A stretch of DNA of 64,000 nucleotides from Ignavibacteriota bacterium (GCA_963776275.1 CAVZMI010000020.1:64001-128000), one strand, 5' to 3'. Counted from the first letter of the stretch, positions 1 through 11,407 are shown. The notes: generated from the letters alone by a model not told the origin. Numbers and translations are program-made.

Positions 1-212
1 GCTGCGTTTAAAAGAAAACGCGTGTATTCAGCCGGTAATATGCGCTCAGCACCCGAAAATTTTTTTCTGAACAGCGAGAGTGTGAATAATCCACCTCCAA
101 TTCCCACCACAATTCCCATGAAGGCCGAAAACTCATATCCGATGGTATTAAATAATGGAACAGGGATGAGCAACAATGCTATAAGCAGGTAAATACAAAG
201 AATAATTTTCAT
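1..212 (-). CDS. Membrane protein, N-terminal part only (runs off the window start)
   Basis: ATG at 212 just downstream of the murA stop. Open hydrophobic frame MKIILCIYLLIALLLIPVPLFNTIGYEF... continues to the window edge. Confidence 0.7.
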   Translation of the reverse strand, partial: MKIILCIYLLIALLLIPVPLFNTIGYEFSAFMGIVVGIGGGLFTLSLFRKKFSGAERILPAEYTRFLLNA

Positions 213-219
213 GAAATCG

Positions 220-1482
220 TCAATATTCCTCGCTGCTCTCTCGTCGGATCCGCGCACCGAGTGTCTGCAGTTTTTTTTCAATCGCTTCATATCCGCGGTC
301 GATGTGGTATACGCGCAGCACCTCTGTCTCCCCTTCGGCAATAAGTCCGCCAAGAATTAACGATGCCGAGGCACGCAAATCGGTTGACATTACTTTCGCT
401 CCTTTGAGGTGCTGTACACCCTTCACAACGGCCGTATTTTCATTGAGCTCAATCGATGCGCCAAGGCGGATAAGTTCCGGGACATGTTTGAACCGATCGA
501 AATAGATTGATTCCGTCACAACACTCGATCCTCCGGCAATGGTCATGAGCGCAATCCATTGCGCCTGGAGATCTGTTGGAAAGCCGGGGTAGATTGCAGT
601 TGTGACATCGACCGGACGGATAGTCTCCGGTGCATCGAGTTCCACCCATGTGTCGCCTATCCTCAGAGTTGCACCTGCATCTTCGAGTCTTGTCAGAAGT
701 GCCGAGAGATGATCAGGCGAACAACTCTCAACTCTAATTGTTCCCTTAGTGATCATTCCTGCAAGAAGAAATGTCCCGGCTTCAATACGGTCTGGAATTG
801 TGATTTCATCGGCCGGATGTAATTCATCGACACCTTCGATTTCCAGACGCGACGAGCCGATGCCGTGGATCTTTGAACCCATTTTCACGAGAAATTTGGC
901 CAGCTCGGTTATCTCCGGTTCGATTGCAGCATTCTCGATGATGCTGGTTCCCTTTGCCAGCACCGCTGCCATCAGTATATTCCCGGTCGCTCCTACGCTC
1001 GATATATCAAAAACAATCCTTGCACCTTTTAACTTTTTTGTTTTTGCTATAATATATCCTGCTTCTAGATTGACATCGGCGCCGAGTCTGCGCATCCCTT
1101 CGATATGCAGATTTACCGGCCGCGGTCCCCACGCACAACCGCCGGGCAACGATACCTTCGCATATCCGTATCGTGCGACAAGCGGACCAAGCACATAAAT
1201 TGAAGCGCGCATTTTTTTTACGTGTTCATACGGTGCTTCGAAAGAATTCACGCGGAACGTATTCACCGTCAGCGAGTGAGACTCACGCTGGAATGTTACT
1301 CCCATCGTCTGGAGAAGTTTCTGCATAGTGGAAACATCTCTAAGAATCGGAGTGTTCTCCAGCCGGTACTTCCCGCTTGCCAATAATGTCGCGGGCATTA
1401 ACGCAAGCGAAGCATTCTTCGCACCGCTGATCCTGACGGTACCCTGTAACCGGGCACCGCCGTCAATGACGAATTTATCCAT
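220..1482 (-). CDS. murA: UDP-N-acetylglucosamine 1-carboxyvinyltransferase
   Basis: ISGAKNA, LPGGCAWGPRPVNLH (catalytic Cys), PGFPTDLQAQ, TDLRASA and HIDRGYE motifs; 420 aa. Confidence 0.98.
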   Translation of the reverse strand: MDKFVIDGGARLQGTVRISGAKNASLALMPATLLASGKYRLENTPILRDVSTMQKLLQTMGVTFQRESHSLTVNTFRVNSFEAPYEHVKKMRASIYVLGPLVARYGYAKVSLPGGCAWGPRPVNLHIEGMRRLGADVNLEAGYIIAKTKKLKGARIVFDISSVGATGNILMAAVLAKGTSIIENAAIEPEITELAKFLVKMGSKIHGIGSSRLEIEGVDELHPADEITIPDRIEAGTFLLAGMITKGTIRVESCSPDHLSALLTRLEDAGATLRIGDTWVELDAPETIRPVDVTTAIYPGFPTDLQAQWIALMTIAGGSSVVTESIYFDRFKHVPELIRLGASIELNENTAVVKGVQHLKGAKVMSTDLRASASLILGGLIAEGETEVLRVYHIDRGYEAIEKKLQTLGARIRRESSEEY

Positions 1483-1709
1483 GACTCTTTAAAAGATTTT
1501 AAATGGCGTGCGCTAAGGAAAAAGTAAAAATTAAAAAGGAAAAAAGGGGGGTGCGGCTTTTCCTTTTTTCTTACTTCTTCTAATTTTTACTTATAATTTT
1601 CTTCTTAAGGTACACAAAAGAGCCCAAGAGGTCAAGCGAAAGCTCTTTAAACGAGCCTTTTTCCCTTTTTAATTTTTCCTTTTTAATTTTTCCTTCGTAT
1701 ATTATTGAT

Positions 1710-2099
1710 ATGGAACTCAGAACGCGAAAAAAGCTGGTCGTCGTCGGTGATAAAGTCCTTATCGCACCGGATAAAGAGCAGGAGCGGACAGCCCATGGCC
1801 TGTATCTCCCTCCGGGCGTGAAAGAGAAGGAAAAAATACAAACGGGGTTTATCGTGAAAGTCGGCCCCGGATACCCGGTTGCTAATCCAAATTTCATCGA
1901 TCAGGAACCCTGGTCCACAACGCCGAAAGATCCGGTCAAGTACATTCCTCTTCAAGCCGAAGAAGGTGACTATGCGATTTTTCTTCGTGATGCTGCCGTT
2001 GAGATTGAGTATGAAGGGAAAGAGTATCTTATCGTAAACCAATCGTCCATTCTTATGCTTATCCGCCCCGGAGAGATCGAAGGATTTACAGAATCTTAG
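1710..2099 (+). CDS. GroES/Cpn10-family co-chaperone-like protein (no adjacent groEL)
   Basis: GDKVLI...RTAHGLYLP...VKVGPG...YEGKEYLIV pattern of Cpn10, with an extended loop. Confidence 0.88.
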   Translation: MELRTRKKLVVVGDKVLIAPDKEQERTAHGLYLPPGVKEKEKIQTGFIVKVGPGYPVANPNFIDQEPWSTTPKDPVKYIPLQAEEGDYAIFLRDAAVEIEYEGKEYLIVNQSSILMLIRPGEIEGFTES

Positions 2100-2212
2100 T
2101 GATTAGATTTAATCCAATTCTAAAAGTGTACACCCGTCAACTTTTTCCTTGCGTACCAGTCTCTCTTTTTATATCTTTTTAAGGAAGAACTACAAACAAT
2201 GAGGAAATAAGC

Positions 2213-3112
2213 ATGGATCGAAGATCGTTTCTCAGAACCGGATTGACAGCCGGCACTGCGCTTGCCCTGAGCAGATACGGCGGCCTTTTTGCACAGTCTC
2301 AAAATAATTATGATCTGGTCGCCGTGAAGGGCGGCGAACCGGACGTCATGTTTGATAAAGCCATCGAAGTATACGGCGGCATGAAATCCTTCGTCAGGAA
2401 AGGACAGAAGGTTGTTGTGAAGCCCAACATCGGATGGGATGTCGTTCCTGAACGGGCGGGCAATACAAATCCGCAACTTGTCGGACGAATCATTGAGCAC
2501 TGTTTCCAGGCCGGCGCAAAAGAAGTCTACGTGTTTGATAATACGTGCGACGATTGGAAACGATGCTACGCTGACAGCGGAATTGAAAAAATAGCCAAAG
2601 AAAAAAAAGCGACAGTCGTCCCGGGCAATTCCGAAAGCTACTACCATTCCATTACCGTGGAAAAAGGAAAGCAGTTGAAACAAACATCCGTCCACGAGCT
2701 GATCCTCAATTCGGATGTCTTCATCAACGTCCCGGTGCTGAAACATCATAGTTCAACCAGGCTGACTGCCGGCATGAAGAACTTGATGGGAATTGTGTGG
2801 GACAGGGGGTACTGGCATCAGAATGACCTGCATCAATGTATTGCCGATTGTGCAACACGATGCAAACCAACGTTGAATGTTGTCGATGCCTATAATGTGA
2901 TGATGAAAAACGGTCCGCGTGGAGTATCGAAAGCCGACGTGGTATTGATGAAGTCGTTGATTATCTCCACCGATATCGTGGCAGCCGACGCCGCTGGCGC
3001 AAAATTATTCGGCATCGAACCGGACGAAGTTGCGTACATTAAATATGCCGATGAGATGAGCGCCGGACGAAAGGATCTGAGCAAACTCAATGTCAGACGG
3101 ATAGCGATCTAG
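2213..3112 (+). CDS. DUF362-domain protein with Tat signal
   Basis: N-terminal DRRSFL twin-arginine motif; VVVKPNIGWD, NVPVLKHH and MKNLMG motifs. Confidence 0.88.
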   Translation: MDRRSFLRTGLTAGTALALSRYGGLFAQSQNNYDLVAVKGGEPDVMFDKAIEVYGGMKSFVRKGQKVVVKPNIGWDVVPERAGNTNPQLVGRIIEHCFQAGAKEVYVFDNTCDDWKRCYADSGIEKIAKEKKATVVPGNSESYYHSITVEKGKQLKQTSVHELILNSDVFINVPVLKHHSSTRLTAGMKNLMGIVWDRGYWHQNDLHQCIADCATRCKPTLNVVDAYNVMMKNGPRGVSKADVVLMKSLIISTDIVAADAAGAKLFGIEPDEVAYIKYADEMSAGRKDLSKLNVRRIAI

Positions 3113-3116
3113 TTCT

Positions 3117-4679
3117 ATGAATCTTGCGTGGCTGAAAAAGCTAAGAATTGTCGTATCGCTTCTGTTTTTCGTGGCAACGACGTTACTATTCATCGATTTC
3201 GCACACTTACTCTCAGCGGCACTTTTTACTCCGATAAACTACCTTGAGTTTATTCCTTCGCTTTTGAAATTCCTCGCCCTCGGGACACTGGCATCCGCCG
3301 GATTTCTTGTCGTTCTTCTGCTCACCCTGCTATTCGGAAGAGTATATTGCTCGACCGTATGTCCTCTTGGAACGCTTCAGGACTTTATCTCGTATTTCTC
3401 GCTGAAGTGGAGAAAGAAAAAGAAGTATAAGTATTCACAGCCGCTGAATACTCTTCGATATTTGATTCTCGTTCTGGTAACCGTTCTCTTTGCCGGCGGG
3501 ATAATTCTCGCCATCAACATCCTCGACCCGTTCAGCGGCTTCGGAAGAATTACCGCGCTGCTTTTCAAACCGGCGGTTGTCGGAATTAATAATGTGGCGG
3601 CGGCGATCTTCAATAGCCTGAATATATATTGGATCTACCCGGCCGAAATTAAAGGAGTTCACATCACGTCGTTTATTCTCCCCATTGTAACGATTAGTGT
3701 CATTGCTTGGTTAGCGGTGACAAAAGGACGATTATATTGCAATTCTCTTTGTCCGGTCGGTTCGTTGCTTGGATTCATTTCAAACTATTCTCTCTTCAAA
3801 ATAAAAATCGACCTCTCAACATGTGACAATTGTGGAAAATGCGGCACAGTCTGTAAGGCATCGTGTATCGATGTAAAGAAAAAGGGAGTCGATTTTTCAC
3901 GCTGTATAAACTGTTTCAATTGTCTTGCAATTTGTCCCTACAACAGCCTGAACTACGTATACTCATTTGAGAAAAAAAAGGTACCGTCGAAACCGCAGGA
4001 TGCGCTTCAACGACGAAATCTTCTCCTTGGTCTTACTGCATATCTTCTCGGATATGCCGGAATTGCATATGGGCAAACGAAAGTCAAGGTTTATACAAAC
4101 AACACCGTTCCGGTCTTCAAGAAACTGGCGGTAAGTCCTCCGGGTTCAGTCGGCATCACCCGGTTGAACGACACCTGCACAGCATGCAATATCTGCGTGA
4201 GCGCGTGTCCGAGCCAGGTGCTTCAGCCTTCATGGTTCGAGTATGGAGTCATAGGGATATTCCAACCGCGGCTCGATGCCGGAGCCGGCTACTGCGCGTA
4301 TGATTGCACCATCTGTGGAGAAGTGTGCCCGACCGGTGCAATTCTTCCCTTAGCTCTCGAAGAGAAAAAGCTGACCCAACTCGGAAAAACAAAATTCATA
4401 AGGGAAAATTGTATTGTTGAGACTCAAAAGACAGAATGCGGTGCCTGCTCGGAGCGTTGTCCCACAAAAGCAGTGCATATGATCCCGTACAACGGACTGT
4501 TTCTGCCCGAGGTGAGAGACCAATATTGCATCGGGTGCGGGGCCTGCGAATATTCATGTCCTACTGTACCGTACAAAGCAATTTACGTCGAAGGAAACGC
4601 CATCCATCAAAAAGCGGAAAAGCCAATAGAAGAGAAACTCGAACAGAAAATCGAGAACAAGAGCGAATTTCCTTTTTAA
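3117..4679 (+). CDS. Membrane 4Fe-4S polyferredoxin (NapH/MauN-like plus ferredoxin domains)
   Basis: GRxYCxxxCP motifs in the TM region and several CxxCxxCxxxCP clusters; starts 4 nt after the DUF362 gene. Confidence 0.9.
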   Translation: MNLAWLKKLRIVVSLLFFVATTLLFIDFAHLLSAALFTPINYLEFIPSLLKFLALGTLASAGFLVVLLLTLLFGRVYCSTVCPLGTLQDFISYFSLKWRKKKKYKYSQPLNTLRYLILVLVTVLFAGGIILAINILDPFSGFGRITALLFKPAVVGINNVAAAIFNSLNIYWIYPAEIKGVHITSFILPIVTISVIAWLAVTKGRLYCNSLCPVGSLLGFISNYSLFKIKIDLSTCDNCGKCGTVCKASCIDVKKKGVDFSRCINCFNCLAICPYNSLNYVYSFEKKKVPSKPQDALQRRNLLLGLTAYLLGYAGIAYGQTKVKVYTNNTVPVFKKLAVSPPGSVGITRLNDTCTACNICVSACPSQVLQPSWFEYGVIGIFQPRLDAGAGYCAYDCTICGEVCPTGAILPLALEEKKLTQLGKTKFIRENCIVETQKTECGACSERCPTKAVHMIPYNGLFLPEVRDQYCIGCGACEYSCPTVPYKAIYVEGNAIHQKAEKPIEEKLEQKIENKSEFPF

Positions 4680-4723
4680 TTCAACATTTTCATGAAGGAT
4701 TAAAATCCTTGAGAGATTAGATT

Positions 4724-4770
4724 AATCATAGTCCTGGCCCTAAGACCGGGGCTATGATTTTTCTTTTTTC
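4724..4770 (+). terminator. Rho-independent terminator
   Basis: aatcatagtcctgg/ccggggctatgatt stem followed by a T-rich tract after the Fe-S gene. Confidence 0.8.
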
Positions 4771-5035
4771 CTATAAGTTTTTGCCCCCCCCATCATCTCC
4801 CGTGCTACCTCTAGAGTTGTCCACCGTCTTTTTCTTATCTCATTTGCCATTGACTAAAAACTCATGTACATTCGGTCGAGCCACCTATTTTCATCTATTA
4901 TTATACACCTGTTGATATATTTGAATTATTTTATAAATAGAAAGTAATTTCCTTAGGAATTGAAAGAGAAATGTGATTGCACATTAAGTGTGGTTGAAGG
5001 ATATCCATTTTTGATAATTATATAGGTATATCCAT

Positions 5036-6097
5036 ATGAAAAAAATAACTGTTCTTATTGTCTTTCTACTTTCTCTCAGCAATACTCACAGCAATCCCGT
5101 CATGGTGCCACAGGCATTTATTTCAGAATTTGCGTTTGAGAGCGATACTCACTGGACATTAGAGATTATGTTCAGGTTTGGTGATGAATATAACCATAGT
5201 GATTTCGATAGTATATGTGTAGCAACATCGCATGGAAGTTCGCGAATACGGTTGGATCACATACAAGATAGCACTTCATTGTTCGTCATAACCTCTGATA
5301 GTCTCATGAGCCCACTATCGATCAATAGTGAGGGAGATCAGATTATAGTATATTCATATCCCCCTGAATATGATGGGATGGCGCTCGTTGATTACATTTC
5401 ATTTGGAAATGTTCCGGGTTCATCTATTGATGTATTGCCGCCCGGATATTCTATTTGCCGATTGAAATATTATCTTTTTTGCAAAGATAAAAGTCCTACC
5501 ATCGGGTTTGCAAATGATACGGCAGGAACGTGCGGAACGCTGAAAGGATATCTTCTCGACAAAAACGACGCTATCGTGACAGGAGGAAATTTTGAAATAG
5601 ACAATCCGTTCGTTTTTAGTGACGATAGCACATATTCAACCCGGATCTTTTCCAGAAAATTTAACATCAGTGCCATAACGAAATTTATTTCCCTCGAATC
5701 TCTTACATCTTTGAGAATAGATTCCTTATTTATCGATATGGATCCTGACTCACTTCTTGAAGAGAACATACATTGTAAGGATTATATTGTTGGGATTCTG
5801 AAAAATACTATCAACCAGAGTCTCCCTTTAGAAATTATGAACTATCCAAATCCGTTCAATTCCAGCACTACATTCTCTGTTCGAATTCCGGCCGATGTAC
5901 ACTACCGGACGGCATTCATTCACATTTATTCAATCGATGGTAAAAGAATATATACACTTCCTGTATCGGAGCATTCACTCATGCAATGGAATGGACAAAC
6001 AACCAACGGCGAACCAGCAGCTACCGGAGTGTATTATTATCAGCTCCTTTTGAATAATATCGTTTACAAAAGCGGTTCAATGATTCTCCTTAAATGA
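5036..6097 (+). CDS. Secreted protein with T9SS-type/FlgD-like C-terminal sorting domain
   Basis: Signal peptide; C-terminal NYPNPFN...IYSIDGK...WNG...ATGVYYYQL. Confidence 0.85.
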   Translation: MKKITVLIVFLLSLSNTHSNPVMVPQAFISEFAFESDTHWTLEIMFRFGDEYNHSDFDSICVATSHGSSRIRLDHIQDSTSLFVITSDSLMSPLSINSEGDQIIVYSYPPEYDGMALVDYISFGNVPGSSIDVLPPGYSICRLKYYLFCKDKSPTIGFANDTAGTCGTLKGYLLDKNDAIVTGGNFEIDNPFVFSDDSTYSTRIFSRKFNISAITKFISLESLTSLRIDSLFIDMDPDSLLEENIHCKDYIVGILKNTINQSLPLEIMNYPNPFNSSTTFSVRIPADVHYRTAFIHIYSIDGKRIYTLPVSEHSLMQWNGQTTNGEPAATGVYYYQLLLNNIVYKSGSMILLK

Positions 6098-6106
6098 TGA
6101 GGGACT

Positions 6107-6674
6107 ATGCGCCTGATCGTGCTCTTTCATCTTGCGTTGACTCCGTGCGTGTTAAGTCAGGAGATAGAATTTTTCAAGGAGAGCATTTCTTTCCAGCTTA
6201 CCTGCGAGTCTTTTTTTGTCGATGGGTACTATTGGTTCTCGAACGTATCGGATAAAAATGTAGAAAAGTTAATTTTCTATCCGTTTGGCAACACAACGAG
6301 CACTGAAGTCATCGATTCTGTTGAAGTCTTCAATATGACAAAAGGATTTACTCAACAGGTTACGAAAAGAACAGAAGGTGGTATTTATTTTATTGCGACC
6401 CTGGCCGCCCGGGATACGGTTGTCTATCGCGTCATGTACCGCCAAAAATTATTCTACGATAGCGTCAGATATATACTACGCTCAACTCGACAGTGGAGAA
6501 AACCACTTGAATCAGCAGAATACACGTTGCGGGTCCAGTTCTCCGATCGATGTCCTATCATCTACATATCGACCGGATACTCTGTATTCTATACAAGGTG
6601 AAAAAATTTACTACTGGAAGAGAAAGAATTTCTTACCTGACAATGATTTAGTATTTCACTATACGCCGCACTAA
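6107..6674 (+). pseudogene. Secreted hypothetical (DUF4424-like) protein, apparently frameshifted near 6535
   Basis: ORF 6107-6601 (YILRSTRQWRKPLESAEY) plausibly continues in another frame as ...YYWKRKNFLPDNDLVF to the stop at 6674. Confidence 0.55.
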
Positions 6675-6781
6675 TTTTTTACTTACTATAGGCGAGTACA
6701 ACACAATCTTACGGTATAAACCCAAATAAGCATACTCTATCGAAAAAATAGTCGTACTACCAAATCACCATTGTGGGATCC

Positions 6782-7345
6782 ATGAAAATCACCCGAACAC
6801 TCTATGTCACCAATCGAAATAAGTGGCGTGAATGGTTGAGAAAGCATTACAAGTCCGAAAAGGATATCTGGCTTATTTATTATCGGAAGGAATCGGGTAA
6901 GCCGCGTATTTCCTACAACGACGCGGTCGAAGAAGCGCTCTGCTTCGGCTGGATAGACAGCACGATCAAGAAACTCGACCATGAACGCTTTGCTCAGAGG
7001 TTCTCGCCACGAAACCCGAAAAGCGGGTATTCTCAAGCGAACAAGATCCGTCTTCGCACCCTCATTCGCCGCCGGAAAGTACGCAAAGAAGTACTGGCAA
7101 CTCTTGGAAATATTTTATTCGATCATTTCGTCTTCCCGCCCGATATCATGAAAGCCATCAAAGCCAATAGGCGTGCATGGACCAACTTCAGGAAGTTCTC
7201 GGAACCATACAAAGAAATCCGGATCGGGTTCATCGACGCATCAAGAAAACGGCCCGAGATATTTCAAAAGCGTCTTGACTATTTTATCAGAATGACCGAG
7301 AAGAACAAGCAGTTCGGATTTGGCGGCATCAGCCGTCATTTTTAG
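6782..7345 (+). CDS. YdeI/OmpD-associated family protein
   Basis: WREWL...DAVEEALCFGWIDS...RFSPRNPKSGYS motif; ATG at 6782. Confidence 0.9.
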   Translation: MKITRTLYVTNRNKWREWLRKHYKSEKDIWLIYYRKESGKPRISYNDAVEEALCFGWIDSTIKKLDHERFAQRFSPRNPKSGYSQANKIRLRTLIRRRKVRKEVLATLGNILFDHFVFPPDIMKAIKANRRAWTNFRKFSEPYKEIRIGFIDASRKRPEIFQKRLDYFIRMTEKNKQFGFGGISRHF

Positions 7346-7362
7346 GAGGGCTGTCTTAAACA

Positions 7363-7426
7363 TCCCGCGAGGGTTGAAACCCCTCGGGGAGTTGTTCTAT
7401 CGCCGACCACGGACTGAAGTCCGTGG
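7363..7426. repeat. Two REP-like palindromes
   Basis: cgaggg-ttgaaac-ccctcg hairpin within 7363-7390 and perfect ccacggac-tgaa-gtccgtgg at 7407-7426, both intergenic. Confidence 0.65.
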
Positions 7427-7555
7427 CTATAATTGAATCCTGTATAATTAAACCCACTGCAACTTGCCGGCCATCCCACCGTATCTAAAATAGGGACTTT
7501 TCCTTATATCCGGAGTCTAATTACTATATTCAACCATACATAGCATTTCCATCCA

Positions 7556-8654
7556 ATGACTATGAAAAAGAAAATAGTTCTATCCACTGCCGCCCTTGTT
7601 GTTATCGGCGGCGCATCACTACTTTTCTTCGGCAGTAAAAAATCATCGAGCGACAGCGAACTCCAGAAAGTGAAGGTTGTCAAAGGAACCATTATCGATA
7701 AGGCCCTTGCAGTCGGGACAATCGAGCCGGAAAATGAAATATCCGTAAAATCGAAAGTTTCGGGAGTCGTCAGCCGCATATTCACCGACGTGGGTGTGTA
7801 CGTAAAAATCGGCCAGCCGTTACTCGAAGTTAGACCCGATCCTACACCACTCGAACTCGCCGATGCAAAACGGCAGGTCCAGACTCAGTGCTGTGGATCT
7901 AGACAATCTGAAAAAGGAACAAGTGCGCCAGAAAAGTTTGTTTAATAGCAAACTGATATCGGACAAAGAGTACGAGGATTTTCAGAAGCAATATGAAGAA
8001 TCCGAACTGCGCTTGAAGATATCATCTGAAAAATTGGCGTTGATGGAAAGCGGAAAAGTGAAAATAGGAGATACAGAGATAGAATCCATCGTGAAAGCTC
8101 CAATTTCAGGTTTCGTACTCAACCGGACGATCGAAGTCGGCGATCCGGTCACTCCATTGACGTCGTACCAGGAAGGAACCGTGCTGATGAAAATGGCAAA
8201 TATGGAGCGGCTTCTTTTTAAAGGTACAGTCGATGAAATCGATGTCGGTAAAATGAAAGAAGGAATGGAAGTCGAAATCAAAATCGGCGCACTGCCGAAC
8301 GATACCGTGCGTGGAACACTCCGCAAGATCTGGCTGAAGGCAGAAAAAAAGGATAATGCAACAGTATTTCCGATCGAAATTCTTATTCCCGATGGTAAAA
8401 ATACTGTTCTACGCGCCGGCTATTCTGCCAATGCAAATATTATCATTCAGAAGAAAGTAAATGTCCTTACGATTCCAGAGCGGACGGTGATATTCAGCAA
8501 TGACTCGGCTTTTGTGAAAGTCTACATCGGGCCGAACAAAGAAGAACAACGATATATAAAAACAGGGCTCAGCGATGCCATCAGCATTGAAGTCATCAGC
8601 GGATTAAAAGAGGGGGATGAAGTGTTTGAAAAACCGGTGAAGAAGATCGACTGA
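7556..8654 (+). CDS. RND/MacA-type periplasmic adaptor subunit, frameshifted by one extra base near 7882
   Basis: N-part (GTIEPENEISVKSKVSG) and C-part (KAPISG, VDEIDVGK, KTGLSD) lie in different frames. Removing one base joins KRQVQ to LSAVDL. Confidence 0.85.
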
Positions 8655-9886
8655 TGGATACGCTCAGAACGATCGTCTCCGAATTCATTGTAGATCTCCG
8701 CGCACAGAAGCTTCGTTCTTTTCTGACAATGTTTGGAATAATCTGGGGAACTGTAGCTATCGTGGTGCTAGTCGCATTCGGAATTGGTTTTAAAAAACAG
8801 ACTGCGGCTAATATGCACGGGATGGGTGAAAGTATTGCCGTGATGTTCCCGGGGAAAACAACGAAACCATGGGCCGGATATGGAATCGGCAGGCCGATAT
8901 CATTCATCGAAGACGATACCAAACTTCTGGCATCACAGGTGCCGAACATCGCTGCCGTCAGTCCGGAATACGGACGTTACACCGTTGCACGAATCGGCGA
9001 GAATATTTTAAATCCGCTCGTTTCCGGAGTCAACCCCATTTACGGCGACATGCGCAATATAATCCCGGAACCGGGCGGCAGATTTATTAATGACCTCGAT
9101 ATCCAGGAACGCCGCAGGATCGCCGTTATCGGAGATAAAGTTAAAGAATTCCTTTTCGGCGATCAGAAGGCGATCGGGAAGATAGTATATATCGGCAGCG
9201 TTCCGTTCACAGTCGTCGGTGTCATGCAGAAGAAAACACAGCCTTCATCGTACAATAGAAGAGATCAGGATCGCATCTTTATCCCTATGTCGACATTTGC
9301 TTCGATCTACGGCTCTATTCATCTAAACAACATCATTTATCAGATTAAGGATCCGCGGCTCGGCGAGGAAACGGTAAAAGAAGTGCGGGAGGTGCTCGGC
9401 AAGCGATACAAATTCGATCCAACCGACAAGAGTGCCGTCTGGATCTGGGATACGACGGAATTCGACCGTTTTTCGTTCTATCTGTTCCTCGGTATCAATA
9501 TTTTTTTAGGACTCATCGGTAGTTTCACACTCGGCGTTGCCGGTCTGGGTGTGGCGAATATCATGTTCATCGTTGTCCAGGAACGCATCAAGGAAATCGG
9601 CGTGAAGCGGGCGGTCGGCGCTACAAAAACGAATATATTATTTCAATTCTTTTCCGAGACATTTTTCATTGTCTTTACCGGTTCGGCAGTCGGATTCCTC
9701 ATCTCATACGGAATCATCTTCCTGCTCGGATTTCTGCCGATCAAAGACTATGTCGGCACACCCGAATTCTCGCTGGAGGTTGTCGGTGTAACTGTCTGTG
9801 TTCTGATTGCGGTCGGACTTCTTTCAGGTTTGATGCCTGCACGCCGGGCATCCAACGTTGATGTAGTCGAATGTTTACGCACATAA
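8654..9886 (+). CDS. ABC transporter permease (MacB/FtsX-like)
   Basis: RSFLTMFGIIWG, VQERIKEIGVKRAVGA and PARRAS motifs. Confidence 0.93.
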   Translation: MDTLRTIVSEFIVDLRAQKLRSFLTMFGIIWGTVAIVVLVAFGIGFKKQTAANMHGMGESIAVMFPGKTTKPWAGYGIGRPISFIEDDTKLLASQVPNIAAVSPEYGRYTVARIGENILNPLVSGVNPIYGDMRNIIPEPGGRFINDLDIQERRRIAVIGDKVKEFLFGDQKAIGKIVYIGSVPFTVVGVMQKKTQPSSYNRRDQDRIFIPMSTFASIYGSIHLNNIIYQIKDPRLGEETVKEVREVLGKRYKFDPTDKSAVWIWDTTEFDRFSFYLFLGINIFLGLIGSFTLGVAGLGVANIMFIVVQERIKEIGVKRAVGATKTNILFQFFSETFFIVFTGSAVGFLISYGIIFLLGFLPIKDYVGTPEFSLEVVGVTVCVLIAVGLLSGLMPARRASNVDVVECLRT

Positions 9887-9892
9887 ACCAAT

Positions 9893-11134
9893 ATGTTACT
9901 TGAACTTCTAAAAGATTTCCTGTCCGATCTCCGGGCACATCGTACAAGGGCAACACTCACGCTGCTTGCCGTCATGTGGGGCACAATTGCCGTTGTACTT
10001 CTGCTATCGTTCGGCAGAGGATTAGGAACCCAGATGCTTAAAGGCCTGACGAATGCGGGTAACCGTATCCTCGTAATGTACGGAGGAGAAACGGGGCTTG
10101 TCTATCAGGGATTGCCCAAAGGAAGAAACATCCGTTTTACGGAAGACGATATCGATCTCATCAGCAAGACCGTAAGTGGCATCGGAATGATTTCCCCCCA
10201 ATACCGGAACACGGCCACGCTCACCTACGGAAAATATTCGACAAGTACCGAATGTGAGGGTGTCAATCCCGGATTTGAAGAAATGCGGCGGATGTATCCG
10301 GCCGGAGGGGGACGATTTCTGAACGACCTTGACGTCGGTCAGCAACGGCGCGTTTTATTCCTCGGTGTAGAAATTGCAAAAGACCTTCTCAAGGGTGAAT
10401 ATCCGATCGGAAAGATTGTAATGGTCGATGGTGTGCCGTTTACAATCATCGGGATTATGCAGAAGAAAATTCAAACAGCGATGAACAACGGACCCGATAC
10501 ACGACGCGCAATCATTCCGTACACAACATTCAGGACATCGTATGGGAACCGTCACGTTAATTCCATTGTCATTCAACCTACCGATCCCGGCCGGCAGGAA
10601 ATAGTGAAGAGCTCAATCTACGAAGTCCTTGGCAGAAAATATAGATTCGATCCGAAGGATGAACGCGCGCTTTTCATCTGGGACTTTATCGAAGCCGAAA
10701 AAATAAGCCAGAAAATCGGCGTCGGCGTTTCCATCTTTCTGTTTGCAATCGGATTCCTTACACTTGTCATCGCGGGCGTGGGAGTTGCCAATGTTATGTA
10801 TGTAGTCGTCAAAGAACGCACTCGAGAAATCGGCATCAAGATGGCTATTGGTGCAAGGCGCAGTTATATTTTACTGCAATTTATTTTCGAATCATTGTTG
10901 CTCTCGCTATCGGGCGGTACGGTCGGAATTCTGTTCTGCTATGTTGTCGTTTCCATTTTCAGGATGATTCCTGCAGAAGAAGGAGCGATGCAGTTTGTCG
11001 GACGGCCGATACTGTCTCCCTCTCTCATACTGATCACCGTCGGTATTCTGACCGCTATCGGACTCGCAGCCGGCTTATTCCCTGCACGTAAAGCCGCAAG
11101 TGTGGATCCGGTCGAATCGATACGATACGAGTAA
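9893..11134 (+). CDS. ABC transporter permease (MacB/FtsX-like)
   Basis: VKERTREIGIKMAIGA and PARKAASVDPVESIRYE motifs. Confidence 0.93.
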   Translation: MLLELLKDFLSDLRAHRTRATLTLLAVMWGTIAVVLLLSFGRGLGTQMLKGLTNAGNRILVMYGGETGLVYQGLPKGRNIRFTEDDIDLISKTVSGIGMISPQYRNTATLTYGKYSTSTECEGVNPGFEEMRRMYPAGGGRFLNDLDVGQQRRVLFLGVEIAKDLLKGEYPIGKIVMVDGVPFTIIGIMQKKIQTAMNNGPDTRRAIIPYTTFRTSYGNRHVNSIVIQPTDPGRQEIVKSSIYEVLGRKYRFDPKDERALFIWDFIEAEKISQKIGVGVSIFLFAIGFLTLVIAGVGVANVMYVVVKERTREIGIKMAIGARRSYILLQFIFESLLLSLSGGTVGILFCYVVVSIFRMIPAEEGAMQFVGRPILSPSLILITVGILTAIGLAAGLFPARKAASVDPVESIRYE

Positions 11135-11407
11135 ACCGCTTTTCTTAATCCTTCACCCTCTTTTATATACTTACTTTCTAACGTACAACTTTCATAATGA
11201 AAGGCGATAGCAGATTCCCGGTGGGTAATTTGTTCTCATTATCATGTAAGTAATGAAGCAAGGACAACCTCATTTATTACTCTTTGTTTAGTTTTCTAAC
11301 TTCTCTGTCTTTTCCATCACAACAATTATCAACCGGAACTAAACTCCTCAGCAAAATATTTTGTTACCAAATTATAGAGCAACACATTCACATTAATGGA
11401 ATTTATC

